Assembly: GCA_041662065.1 (NCBI GenBank)
Contig: JBAZTE010000004.1
Span: 197,620 to 261,619, forward strand
Reading direction: 5' to 3'
From: Bacteroidales bacterium
GTDB taxonomy: Bacteria; Bacteroidota; Bacteroidia; Bacteroidales; UBA12481
Length of the DNA: 64,000 nucleotides
Positions 9,146-17,043 of this stretch are shown here, one piece after another. How positions within the stretch are numbered: the first letter of the stretch is position 1; the number at the start of each line of letters is the position of its first letter. Under the pieces are notes generated by a model. It was not told the origin of the DNA. It did not search any database and worked only from the letters and a program-made list of their open reading frames with translations. Position numbers and translations under genes: made by a program.

Positions 9146-10410
9146 GTACAACTGATTTAACGGAAAGGGCTTACGCGATTGCCCGTGAGCAATATGCAAA
9201 GCTTGGGATCGATACCGATCAGGCGATCGCCCGGATGGATGAAGTGGTGGTTTCCCTGCATTGCTGGCAGGCCGATGATGTAGGCGGATTTGAAACGCCC
9301 GATGCCTCCCTTACAGGTGGTGGCATCCAGGCTACCGGCAATTATCCCGGAAAAGCCACTACCATTGAGGAAATGCGAAAGGACCTTGAAAAGGTATTAA
9401 CCTTGCTTCCAGGTAAGTACCGGCTGAGCCTGCACGCATCATACGGCGATTTCCAGAGCAAGCGGGTCGACCGCGACCAGATTGAACCGGCCCATTTTCA
9501 GTCGTGGATCGACTGGTGTAAAAAGATGGGCATCGGGATGGATTTTAACCCGACATTCTTTTCACACCCTAAGGCTGCAGCAGGATTCACTTTATCCTCC
9601 AAAGATGAGGGCATCCGTAAGTTTTGGGTGGAGCATCTGAAGCGATGCCGCAGGATAGCCGCCGAAATGGGAAAACAGGTGGGAACGCCTTGCGTGATGA
9701 ACATCTGGGTGCCAGATGGATCGAAGGATGTCCCCATCAACCGGAACGGACATCGCGCTTTGCTCAAACAATCGCTCGATGAGGCGCTGGCCATCGAATA
9801 TCCGAAAGAACACCTGAAAGATGCACTGGAGAGCAAGCTCTTCGGTATTGGCGCCGAATCGATGACCGTAGGATCCCATGAGTTTTACCTCGGATATGCC
9901 ATCACAAATAATAAATTGATTTGCCTTGATAACGGGCATTTTCACCCCACTGAGCAGGTTGGCGACAAAATCTCCTCCTGCCTGCTGTATGTCGATGAAC
10001 TCCTGCTCCACCTGACCCGTCCGGTCCGTTGGGATTCCGACCACGTGGTCACTCTTAACGAAGATATGCAGATGATTGTCTACGAGATTATTCGTAATAA
10101 CTTCCTCAACCGTGTCCACATCGGGCTCGACTTTTTCGATGCCTCGATCAACAGGCTTGGGGCGTACGTCATTGGCTCGAGAGCGACCAAAAAGGCCTTT
10201 ATGCAGGCATTCTTGGAGCCCACCGCAGATTTACTCGGGATGGAAGAAAAAGGCCAGAATTTCGAGCGCCTGGCGCTCCTCGAAGAACTGAAAACGAAGC
10301 CGTTCGGAGCCGTCTGGGACTATTATTGCCTGAAAGAAGGGGTGCCGGTAGCGGAGGATTATATTGATGAGGTACAAGCCTATGAAAAGGCCGTCCTTTC
10401 AAAACGATAA
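9142..10410 (+). CDS. rhaA: L-rhamnose isomerase
   Basis: From MSTTDL the protein is colinear with E. coli RhaA (HCWQ.DDV.GFE, TGGIQATGNYPGKA, HFHPTE, RPVRWDSDHVV, HIGLDFFDASINR). The ATGA overlaps the rhaT stop. I ignore the ORF-track extension from 9043. Confidence 0.92.
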   Translation: MSTTDLTERAYAIAREQYAKLGIDTDQAIARMDEVVVSLHCWQADDVGGFETPDASLTGGGIQATGNYPGKATTIEEMRKDLEKVLTLLPGKYRLSLHASYGDFQSKRVDRDQIEPAHFQSWIDWCKKMGIGMDFNPTFFSHPKAAAGFTLSSKDEGIRKFWVEHLKRCRRIAAEMGKQVGTPCVMNIWVPDGSKDVPINRNGHRALLKQSLDEALAIEYPKEHLKDALESKLFGIGAESMTVGSHEFYLGYAITNNKLICLDNGHFHPTEQVGDKISSCLLYVDELLLHLTRPVRWDSDHVVTLNEDMQMIVYEIIRNNFLNRVHIGLDFFDASINRLGAYVIGSRATKKAFMQAFLEPTADLLGMEEKGQNFERLALLEELKTKPFGAVWDYYCLKEGVPVAEDYIDEVQAYEKAVLSKR

Positions 10411-10440
10411 TTAACGGATGGGCACCACTTGTTTCTTATC

Positions 10441-10537
10441 TCTTAAATCTAATTTTTGCCTTCTGCCTTTTGCCTTCTGCCCTGGTTCAAGGCATAAGGC
10501 ACAAGGCAGAAGGCAAAAATTAGTTGTAAGATTTAAG
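10441..10537. repeat. hairpin built from opposed heptamer arrays (NTGCCTT)x4 / (AAGGCAN)x4; likely rhaA terminator
   Basis: Left heptads at 10456-10483 and right heptads at 10489-10516, with outer arms TCTTAAATCT / AGATTTAAGA. Confidence 0.65.
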
Positions 10538-10560
10538 AAAAGAAAATAAAAAGTCAACAA

Positions 10561-12279
10561 ATGAGGTATTTCTGTTTCCTTTCGTTTGTTTTAATTAGTT
10601 GCGGTGGTGGCCTTTTCGGTCAGCAGGAGCCCATTGTTCGTAAGCCGGTTACGCCAACGCGTATTGTTTGGATGTCGGATACCACTGGGGCGTTCATCAA
10701 ACATCCAGAATATCTGCTGAGGGTGGGGAACGGACAGGCTGATTTATCCTCGGATAAACTGGTTTATCTGGAGAACAAAGAGGGGCAACGGTCATCGATG
10801 ATCCTGGATTTTGGGAAGGAGCTGCAGGGGGCGATACAGATCATTACGGGGATTACAGGGAGCAAGAAGCCGGTGAAAGTAAGGGTGAGGCTGGGGGAGT
10901 CGGTGTCGGAGACGGGATCGGAGATCGGGGAGGGGAGTACGGCCACGAATGATCATGCCATGCGCGATTTTGAGCTGACGCTGCCGTGGCTGGGGAAGAT
11001 TGAGATGGGCAATTCAGGGTTCCGGTTTGTTCGGATCGATCTGCTGGGGGAGAACAGCACAGCTTGTCTGAAGGAAATCAGCGCGATATCCATTTACCGG
11101 GATATACCATACCTCGGGAGTTTTACCTGTAACGATCCTTTATTGAACAAGATATGGCTGACGGGCGCCTATACCGTGCATCTCAATATGCAGGAATTCC
11201 TGTGGGACGGCATCAAGCGCGACCGGCTGGTGTGGGTGGGCGACATGCATCCGGAGGTGCGGACGATACTCTCGGTTTTCGGCAACAGCGAGGTGATCCC
11301 GAAGAGTCTCGACCAGGTGCGCGACATTACACCGGTCACCGAATGGATGAACGGCATCAGCTCCTATTCGATGTGGTGGGTGATCATACACCGTGACTAC
11401 TACAACCATAACGGCAACCTGGCCTACCTGAAAGAGCAGCAGGTTTATTTAACCGCCCTTTTAATGAAATTCTGTTCGATGGTCGATGAAAACGGGAAGG
11501 AAAAACTCGATGGCAACCGGTTCCTCGACTGGCCCAGCAGTCCGGATAAAGGAGCAGTGGATGCCGGTTACCAGGGGTTGTTATTAATGACATTGAAAGC
11601 CGGTGCCGAGCTGATCGGCATTCTGGGCGACAAAACTACCGAAAAGCTTTGTCTGGATAAGATCAAACCTATGTCGGGCATCACCTTTCCCGAGGTGAAA
11701 TCCAAGCAGGCAGCGGCCTTGATCAGTCTGGCCAACCTCATGCCACCTCTGGAGGCCGACAAGATATTGGCCAAAGACGGAGCCCGGAATGTATCCACTT
11801 TTTACGGCTATTACATGCTACAGGCCAGGGCCAAGGCCGGCAGCTACACCGATGCGCTCAACCTGATCCGTGAATACTGGGGTGGGATGATCAGTCTGGG
11901 TGCCACCACTTTCTGGGAAGACTTCAACATCGACTGGCTAAGCAATGCCGGCCGCATCGATGAACTGCCCAATGGCCGGCAGGTGGATGTCCACAAAACC
12001 TATGGCGATTTCTGTTACAAGGGCTACCGCCACAGCTTCTGTCATGGCTGGGCATCGGGACCCACGGCCTATCTTTCCGAATACGTCCTTGGCGTACATA
12101 TCCTCGAGCCTGGCTGCCGCAATATCCGCATAGAGCCACATATGGGCGACCTTCAATGGGTGGAAGGCACTTACCCAACCCCGTTCGGCGTCATTAAAAT
12201 TCGCCATGAGAAGCAGTTTGATGGTACGGTAAAAACCATATACACCGCCCCAAAAGGTATATTCGTCGAAATTATGTAG
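10561..12279 (+). CDS. GH78-like alpha-L-rhamnosidase-family lipoprotein (six-hairpin glycosidase)
   Basis: 572 aa with a lipobox-like LISCGG. DGIKRDRLVWVGDMH resembles the GH78 D-R-x-x-W-x-G-D motif. C-terminal HGWASGPT. Sits next to rhaTA. Confidence 0.6.
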   Translation: MRYFCFLSFVLISCGGGLFGQQEPIVRKPVTPTRIVWMSDTTGAFIKHPEYLLRVGNGQADLSSDKLVYLENKEGQRSSMILDFGKELQGAIQIITGITGSKKPVKVRVRLGESVSETGSEIGEGSTATNDHAMRDFELTLPWLGKIEMGNSGFRFVRIDLLGENSTACLKEISAISIYRDIPYLGSFTCNDPLLNKIWLTGAYTVHLNMQEFLWDGIKRDRLVWVGDMHPEVRTILSVFGNSEVIPKSLDQVRDITPVTEWMNGISSYSMWWVIIHRDYYNHNGNLAYLKEQQVYLTALLMKFCSMVDENGKEKLDGNRFLDWPSSPDKGAVDAGYQGLLLMTLKAGAELIGILGDKTTEKLCLDKIKPMSGITFPEVKSKQAAALISLANLMPPLEADKILAKDGARNVSTFYGYYMLQARAKAGSYTDALNLIREYWGGMISLGATTFWEDFNIDWLSNAGRIDELPNGRQVDVHKTYGDFCYKGYRHSFCHGWASGPTAYLSEYVLGVHILEPGCRNIRIEPHMGDLQWVEGTYPTPFGVIKIRHEKQFDGTVKTIYTAPKGIFVEIM

Positions 12280-12300
12280 AGACGTGCCGTGGCACGTCTC
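12279..12300. terminator. hairpin GAGACGTGCC-GT-GGCACGTCTC overlapping the stop codon
   Basis: Perfect 10-bp stem. Same family as 7547-7576. Confidence 0.5.
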
Positions 12301-12324
12301 CCTCTGAATCCCGCGAGAGGTGAG

Positions 12325-12456
12325 GCAGTTATCCACAAATTTGCACAAACCAAATCTAAAAAAATTGCACAAATTTTAAGAGCCCCGCAAAGCGGGGCCG
12401 CAATTTGTGTAATTTTCTTTAAAAGAAGAATTTGTGGATAATTTGTGGATAACTGC
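12325..12456. promoter_or_regulatory. inverted-repeat-bounded palindromic element with three perfect DnaA-box 9-mers, upstream of upxY
   Basis: GCAGTTATCCACAAATT at 12325-12341 has its exact reverse complement at 12440-12456. TTATCCACA lies at 12329-12337 and TGTGGATAA at 12433-12441 and 12444-12452. The central hairpin is GCCCCGCAAAGCGGGGC (12382-12398). TAGATTTG (TAnnTTTG) lies on the minus strand at 12351-12358. Confidence 0.55.
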
Positions 12457-12665
12457 TCTAAACTATCATTTTTTTTCTACCCTGAATTTGGAAGTTTAAA
12501 TGATAACTATTATTTTCGTTTCCCGAAGTAGCAAAGCTTCGCAGGCGCCCAAACCTGCAACCAATATGACATTGGTGTTAATCATTAAACGTTGTTTGAA
12601 AAAATATTTCGACTAAAATGAGTAGAATTCCTACTCGTTTTATTATATATTTGCTACAAGAATCT

Positions 12666-13181
12666 ATGCTGACCTTATCGAAAACATATCACTGGTTTGC
12701 TCTTTACACCATGAGCCGGCAGGAGAAGGTGGTTCATTCCGACCTCACGGAGGACGGTTTTGAGTCGTATCTCCCCTTGCTGCGTACTAAACGGAAGTGG
12801 TCCGACCGACTGAAATGGATCGATGAGCCCATGTTCCGGGGGTATGTGTTTGTCAGGGTCAGCAATAAGGAATACTACAAGATCCTGCAGCACCGTGCCG
12901 TACTGAAGTACATTGCCTTCGGCGGCAAGCCCAGTGTAATCCCCGATCATCATATGGAGGCCCTTATGCGGGCATTGAGCGAAAACCTGGATTTCGAGAT
13001 CACCAGCGACCGTTTTAAGCCGGGGCAGGTCGTTTTAGTTACTGCGGGACCCATGTGCGGCTGCAGTGGCGAGATCTTGAAGTACTCAGGTAAAAAGCGG
13101 CTTCTGGTACGGATCGGCGATATCGGATATTCGATGATGGTGGAGATGCCGGCGGGGTGTTTGGAGACTGTGAGACTATGA
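12666..13181 (+). CDS. UpxY-family (NusG-like) transcription antiterminator
   Basis: WFALYT..REK.V...L...G.E.YLPL......WSDR.K....P.F.GYVFV plus a C-terminal KOW-like GQVVLVTAGPMCG. The ORF track starts at 12618, but the Met at 12666 fits family length better. Confidence 0.85.
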   Translation: MLTLSKTYHWFALYTMSRQEKVVHSDLTEDGFESYLPLLRTKRKWSDRLKWIDEPMFRGYVFVRVSNKEYYKILQHRAVLKYIAFGGKPSVIPDHHMEALMRALSENLDFEITSDRFKPGQVVLVTAGPMCGCSGEILKYSGKKRLLVRIGDIGYSMMVEMPAGCLETVRL

Positions 13182-13195
13182 GACTGTGAGACTGT
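13164..13195. repeat. octamer tandem repeat (GAGACTGT)x4 spanning the upxY stop codon
   Basis: Units GAGACTGT, GAGACTAT, GAGACTGT, GAGACTGT. They encode the last five codons (ETVRL) and the TGA at 13179-13181. Confidence 0.75.
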
Positions 13196-13369
13196 AAGAC
13201 AACAATTTGGGGTTATTAAAATATTGTTGAGGTGACAGTACCCATTATGGGACTGAGGTGGCGAAGCTGCAGGAAGGCGACACGAAGCACGGTTGAGTAG
13301 TTGCTGGTAATAAGTGAGTTACGTGCGAAACTTCTTCTCAACTCTGTAACAATTTTCTAAAACAAACCA

Positions 13370-14128
13370 GTGTTCTTCGTTCTTTCCAAGCTGCTTTCGT
13401 TTTTCACCGATCCGGTTTTTTGGATCCTTGGGTGTTTTATTCTTGCGTTCCTGTTGAAGAAGAGATTATGGAAAAGGATCCTCTTTATAAGTGGGATTAG
13501 CCTATTTGTGATTTTGGGAAACGGAGCGCTTATTTCCCTGGCTGAACAGAAGTGGGTTAAAACCATTGTAAACCCTTTGCCATCAGATGTTGTATATGAA
13601 TATGCGCTGATACAAGGTGGATTTGGGGATTTCAATCCATTTACCGGTAAAACCCAAATATTTTCGGAGGCTGAACGTATCATTGAACCCGTCCGCCTCT
13701 ATCGTTTAGGCAGGATTAAGAAGCTATATGTCACGGGTGATAATACTTTTTCAACTTTCAGGTTTCCGGAGTCGAAGGAAGTTTTCATAGCCTACCTGGA
13801 GAGTCTGGGTGTATCTGCGAACGACATTATTCTGGAGGATGTATCATTAAATACCTGGCAGAGTGCACAGCGAACGAAAACGCTCTTGGGTGAGTCGTTT
13901 GACGGCAAGAATAGTTTGCTGGTCACCAGCGCGATACACATGAAACGCACGATTAGATGTTATCGCAAAGCTGGCATCAATCCGCTTCCATTTGCCACAT
14001 CGGTTCCGGTACCCTATAAATTAGATATCACCAATTTCGGATTTGGTTCCAACAATCTGTATCGCTGGAGGAATCTGGTACATGAGTGGGTGGGGATATT
14101 TACGTACCGGATAGCAGGATATATATAA
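13370..14128 (+). CDS. YdcF/DUF218 family protein
   Basis: 252 aa with N-terminal TM helices, LYVTGDN, and SAIHMKR in the DUF218 arrangement. GTG start. Confidence 0.7.
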   Translation: MFFVLSKLLSFFTDPVFWILGCFILAFLLKKRLWKRILFISGISLFVILGNGALISLAEQKWVKTIVNPLPSDVVYEYALIQGGFGDFNPFTGKTQIFSEAERIIEPVRLYRLGRIKKLYVTGDNTFSTFRFPESKEVFIAYLESLGVSANDIILEDVSLNTWQSAQRTKTLLGESFDGKNSLLVTSAIHMKRTIRCYRKAGINPLPFATSVPVPYKLDITNFGFGSNNLYRWRNLVHEWVGIFTYRIAGYI

Positions 14129-14240
14129 TAGCCAATTGTTAACGTCAACGCCGTCGCAGTGATAACAAGAGCACACTTGAATCTTCAACTCGGCATTCGG
14201 AACTCTAAATTCGAATCTCCTCATTCTTACTTCAATAACC

Positions 14241-15488
14241 TTGGACTACCAGCCCATCATCGATTTCATTAAGTCCCTCTATTCGGATAAGCCTGTTATC
14301 GCCTTGCATGAGCCGTCATTTTCCGGCAACGAGAAAAAGTATATGGCCGAGTGCATTGATAGCACCTATGTTTCGTCGGTGGGGCCGTTTGTGGGGAGAT
14401 TTGAAGAGGCGGTGGCGAAGTTTGTAGGGCAGGGTAGAGGTCCCGCCGCAAGCCTCAGTGCGGAGGGGGGGGGTCCTCGCGCGGGCCTCGGTGCTAAGGA
14501 GGGCGGTCCCCGCTTTCGCGGGGATGACACTTCTATCGATGTAAAGGCGGTAGCGTGCGTGAATGGTACGGCAGCATTGCATTTGGCGCTTATGGTAGCG
14601 GGAGTGAAGGCCGGTGATGAGGTGATCACACAACCGCTAAGCTTTATTGCAACCGCCAATCCGATAGTTTATTTAGGAGCCAAACCCATTTTCATTGACG
14701 TTGACTCCGATACTTTGGGAATGAGCCCCATCGCATTACGTGCTTTTCTTGAATCCCGTTTCGGTCGTGAAGCGAAACACGTGAAGCGCGGCGCTAAGCG
14801 CATAGCAGCATGTGTGCCAATGCACACCTTTGGTAACCCATGCCGGATAGATGAAATTGTGGAGGTATGCAACGAATACGGTATTCCAGTTATTGAGGAT
14901 GCGGCAGAAAGCATAGGAAGCTATTATAAAGGACAACACACTGGCACTTTCGGCCTAATGGGCGTATTGAGCTTTAACGGCAACAAAACCATCACCACGG
15001 GCGGGGGAGGGATGATCGTGACGCGTGACGCGAAACTCGTGACGCGGTTAAAACACCTCTCTACGCAGGCCAAAATACCCCATCCGTGGGAATTTGCGCA
15101 CGATGCGATCGGATATAATTATCGTCTGCCTAATATAAACGCGGCCCTTGGACTGGCACAGATGGAAACCATCGAAAGCAAACTCGAATCGAAGCGTTTG
15201 TTGGCAAAAAAATATGCTGATTTCTTTGCTGAAATGGGAATCCCAACCATTCAGGAAATTCCGGGAGTCCGATCGAATTTCTGGCTCAACGGGATGTTCC
15301 TCGAAAACAGTCAACAGCGCAATGAGTTTCTGCAATTAGCTGTCAGCCAGAATGTCCATTGCCGGCCGACCTGGGAACTTCTGCCGACACTGGAGATGTA
15401 CAAGCAATATCAATGCGAGGACATCACAAACGCCAAACTCATAAGCGATACATTGGTCAATATACCCAGCTCTCCTGTTTTTGTTTAA
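14241..15488 (+). CDS. DegT/DnrJ/EryC1/StrS (LegC-like) sugar aminotransferase carrying a 37-codon in-frame repeat insertion
   Basis: LHEPSFSGNEKKYMAECIDSTYVSSVGPFV..FE, NGTAALHLAL, SFNGNKTITTGGGGM. TTG start. The insertion is at 14430-14540. Confidence 0.85.
   Translation: MDYQPIIDFIKSLYSDKPVIALHEPSFSGNEKKYMAECIDSTYVSSVGPFVGRFEEAVAKFVGQGRGPAASLSAEGGGPRAGLGAKEGGPRFRGDDTSIDVKAVACVNGTAALHLALMVAGVKAGDEVITQPLSFIATANPIVYLGAKPIFIDVDSDTLGMSPIALRAFLESRFGREAKHVKRGAKRIAACVPMHTFGNPCRIDEIVEVCNEYGIPVIEDAAESIGSYYKGQHTGTFGLMGVLSFNGNKTITTGGGGMIVTRDAKLVTRLKHLSTQAKIPHPWEFAHDAIGYNYRLPNINAALGLAQMETIESKLESKRLLAKKYADFFAEMGIPTIQEIPGVRSNFWLNGMFLENSQQRNEFLQLAVSQNVHCRPTWELLPTLEMYKQYQCEDITNAKLISDTLVNIPSSPVFV
14430..14540 (+). 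repeat. 111-nt GC-rich repeat block (three GGTCC.CGC-type units) inside the aminotransferase CDS
   Basis: Read as QGRGPAASLSAEGGGPRAGLGAKEGGPRFRGDDTSID. The last unit GGTCCCCGCTTTCGCGGGGATGACACTTCTATCGAT is the reverse complement of the intergenic repeat at 6272-6310. Confidence 0.75.
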
Positions 15489-15543
15489 TTAAATACTGCA
15501 GCACAAACATAATGTTTCTCAAGCATAATTATTATATTTGCTG

Positions 15544-16708
15544 ATGGACTTTGTAAACCGGTCAGTTGAACTTGATCTGCTTAGATCTGCACTGAAGCGC
15601 GAAAATCGACAATTGGTCATCGTGATGGGGCGTCGAAGAATCGGAAAATCCAGGCTGATACGGGAGGTTTTGCGATCAGACGATATATATATGCTTGCAG
15701 ATCAAAGTGATGCTACAATTCAACGAAGCTATTTGGCTTCTGCAGTTGCACCGGTAATACCAGGCTTTAATGAGGTGGTTTACCCAACCTGGGATAGTCT
15801 CCTAAGCCAGTTAAACCGAAGATGCAAAAAGGGAACGCTGATCTGTCTGGATGAATTCCCGTACCTGGTTAAAAGCGCCCCCGAATTGCCCAGTATAATA
15901 CAGCGGCTGACTGATAATCGCGAAGAACTGAATTTTCACCTGATTCTATGCGGCTCTTCTCAACAAATGATGAGCAAATCCGCTGGGTGTTTTGCATGAA
16001 GAGCCGACTCGTCTGTTTCTTGATGATTTGCGCACTACTATTCAGGCCGATTCCCTTCTGAGCGTGATCGGGAATGGTTGCCACCGCCTGTCAGAGATTG
16101 CCGCAAGATTGCAAAAGCCGGCCACCCATCTGAATCACCCTCTGAATACATTAATCGAACTGGGATTTGTCAGACGCGATATTCCATACGGCGAATCAAT
16201 CCGGTCTACCAAGCGCACTTTATACCGCATTTCCGATCCCTTCCTGCGGTTCTATTTCAGGTATGTGTCGCCCAACCGGTCTTTGCTGGTTCTTGATCAT
16301 ACTGGTGCCGTCAATCAGCAGATCAGATCTGGCTTTGCTCATTTTACCGCATCTCAGTGGGAGCAGATTTGCCGCGAGTCCATTCACGGGATCTACCCGG
16401 ATATTTCATGGCTGCCGGCTCAATCCTGGTGGGGAAACGACCGAAACAGCAAACCTCTGGAATTTGATCTGGTCAGCGAAACCGCCGATCGAAAAACCAT
16501 GCTGATCGGAGAATGCAAATGGAGCGATAAGATCAATCCAGAAGCGGTACTCACTGAATTGAAAGAAAAGACCAGCCGACTCCACTGGCTCGAGGGCCGT
16601 AATATACAATATGTATTGTTCACCAAATACCGGCATCCTGGCCCTCCGGAATTGAAAATTGTTAGTGCTGAGGAGGTGGTGAAGTGGTCCCCGCTTTCGC
16701 GGGGATGA
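15544..16708 (+). pseudogene. AAA ATPase (Arch_ATPase type) with DUF234 C-terminus, disrupted near 15990
   Basis: The Walker A GRRRIGKS is in ORF 15538-15999. The wHTH/DUF234-like part (LYRISDPFLRFYFRYV..ECKWS) is in ORF 15992-16708 in another frame. TATATTTG lies at 15533-15540. Confidence 0.65.
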
Positions 16709-16710
16709 CA
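16686..16710 (+). repeat. GC hairpin repeat GGTCCCCGCTTTCGCGGGGATGACA (copy 3)
   Basis: Supplies the last codons (WSPLSRG) and the TGA stop of the ATPase ORF. Confidence 0.7.
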
Positions 16711-16756
16711 GAAAACTTTGTTATATTATTGGTAACTTTGGAGAAAGAAAAAACAA

Positions 16757-17002
16757 ATGGAAGCAATTCACATTGAAATAATTAACCCTAAGGCTAAACG
16801 GATCTTAAAAAGCCTTGAGGAATTAGATCTCATACGAATCAGTAAACCAAAGGATTATGTAAAGGATTTAAAACAACTTCTTGCCAGGTTAAGGTTAAAA
16901 CAAACTGTTAGCTTGTCCTTGGATGAAATCACTGCCGAAGTTGAAGAGTTTAGAGCTGAACGATATGGCGAGAAAAAAAATAGAGCAAACCAAATGCATT
17001 GA
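16757..17002 (+). CDS. small hypothetical protein (81 aa)
   Basis: Clean ORF in an intergenic slot. I recognise no family. Confidence 0.35.
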   Translation: MEAIHIEIINPKAKRILKSLEELDLIRISKPKDYVKDLKQLLARLRLKQTVSLSLDEITAEVEEFRAERYGEKKNRANQMH

Positions 17003-17043
17003 TTATTAAGTGTTTTTGGTTTTAGGCAAGATGAATATCATTC

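Noticed and set aside
12329-12452. Three perfect DnaA boxes as the chromosomal origin (oriC)
   Set aside because: There are only three boxes, all embedded in one palindromic repeat. No dnaA/dnaN or other origin-linked genes are nearby, there is no obvious AT-rich unwinding element with 13-mer-like repeats, and genes on both sides keep their orientation. I keep it only as an alternative reading in the finding.
14430-14540. The insertion in the aminotransferase as an intein or a self-splicing intron
   Set aside because: At 111 nt it is far too short. It has no intein junction residues (no Cys/Ser/Thr at the N-terminal junction, no His-Asn at the C-terminal junction). It has no group I/II intron features or reverse-transcriptase ORF. 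The sequence is a dispersed GC hairpin repeat.
15992-16708. Treating ORF 15992-16708 as an independent gene
   Set aside because: It continues the domain order of the upstream ATPase ORF (Walker A, then wHTH/DUF234) in a different frame. It is best explained as one disrupted gene or a sequencing frameshift.
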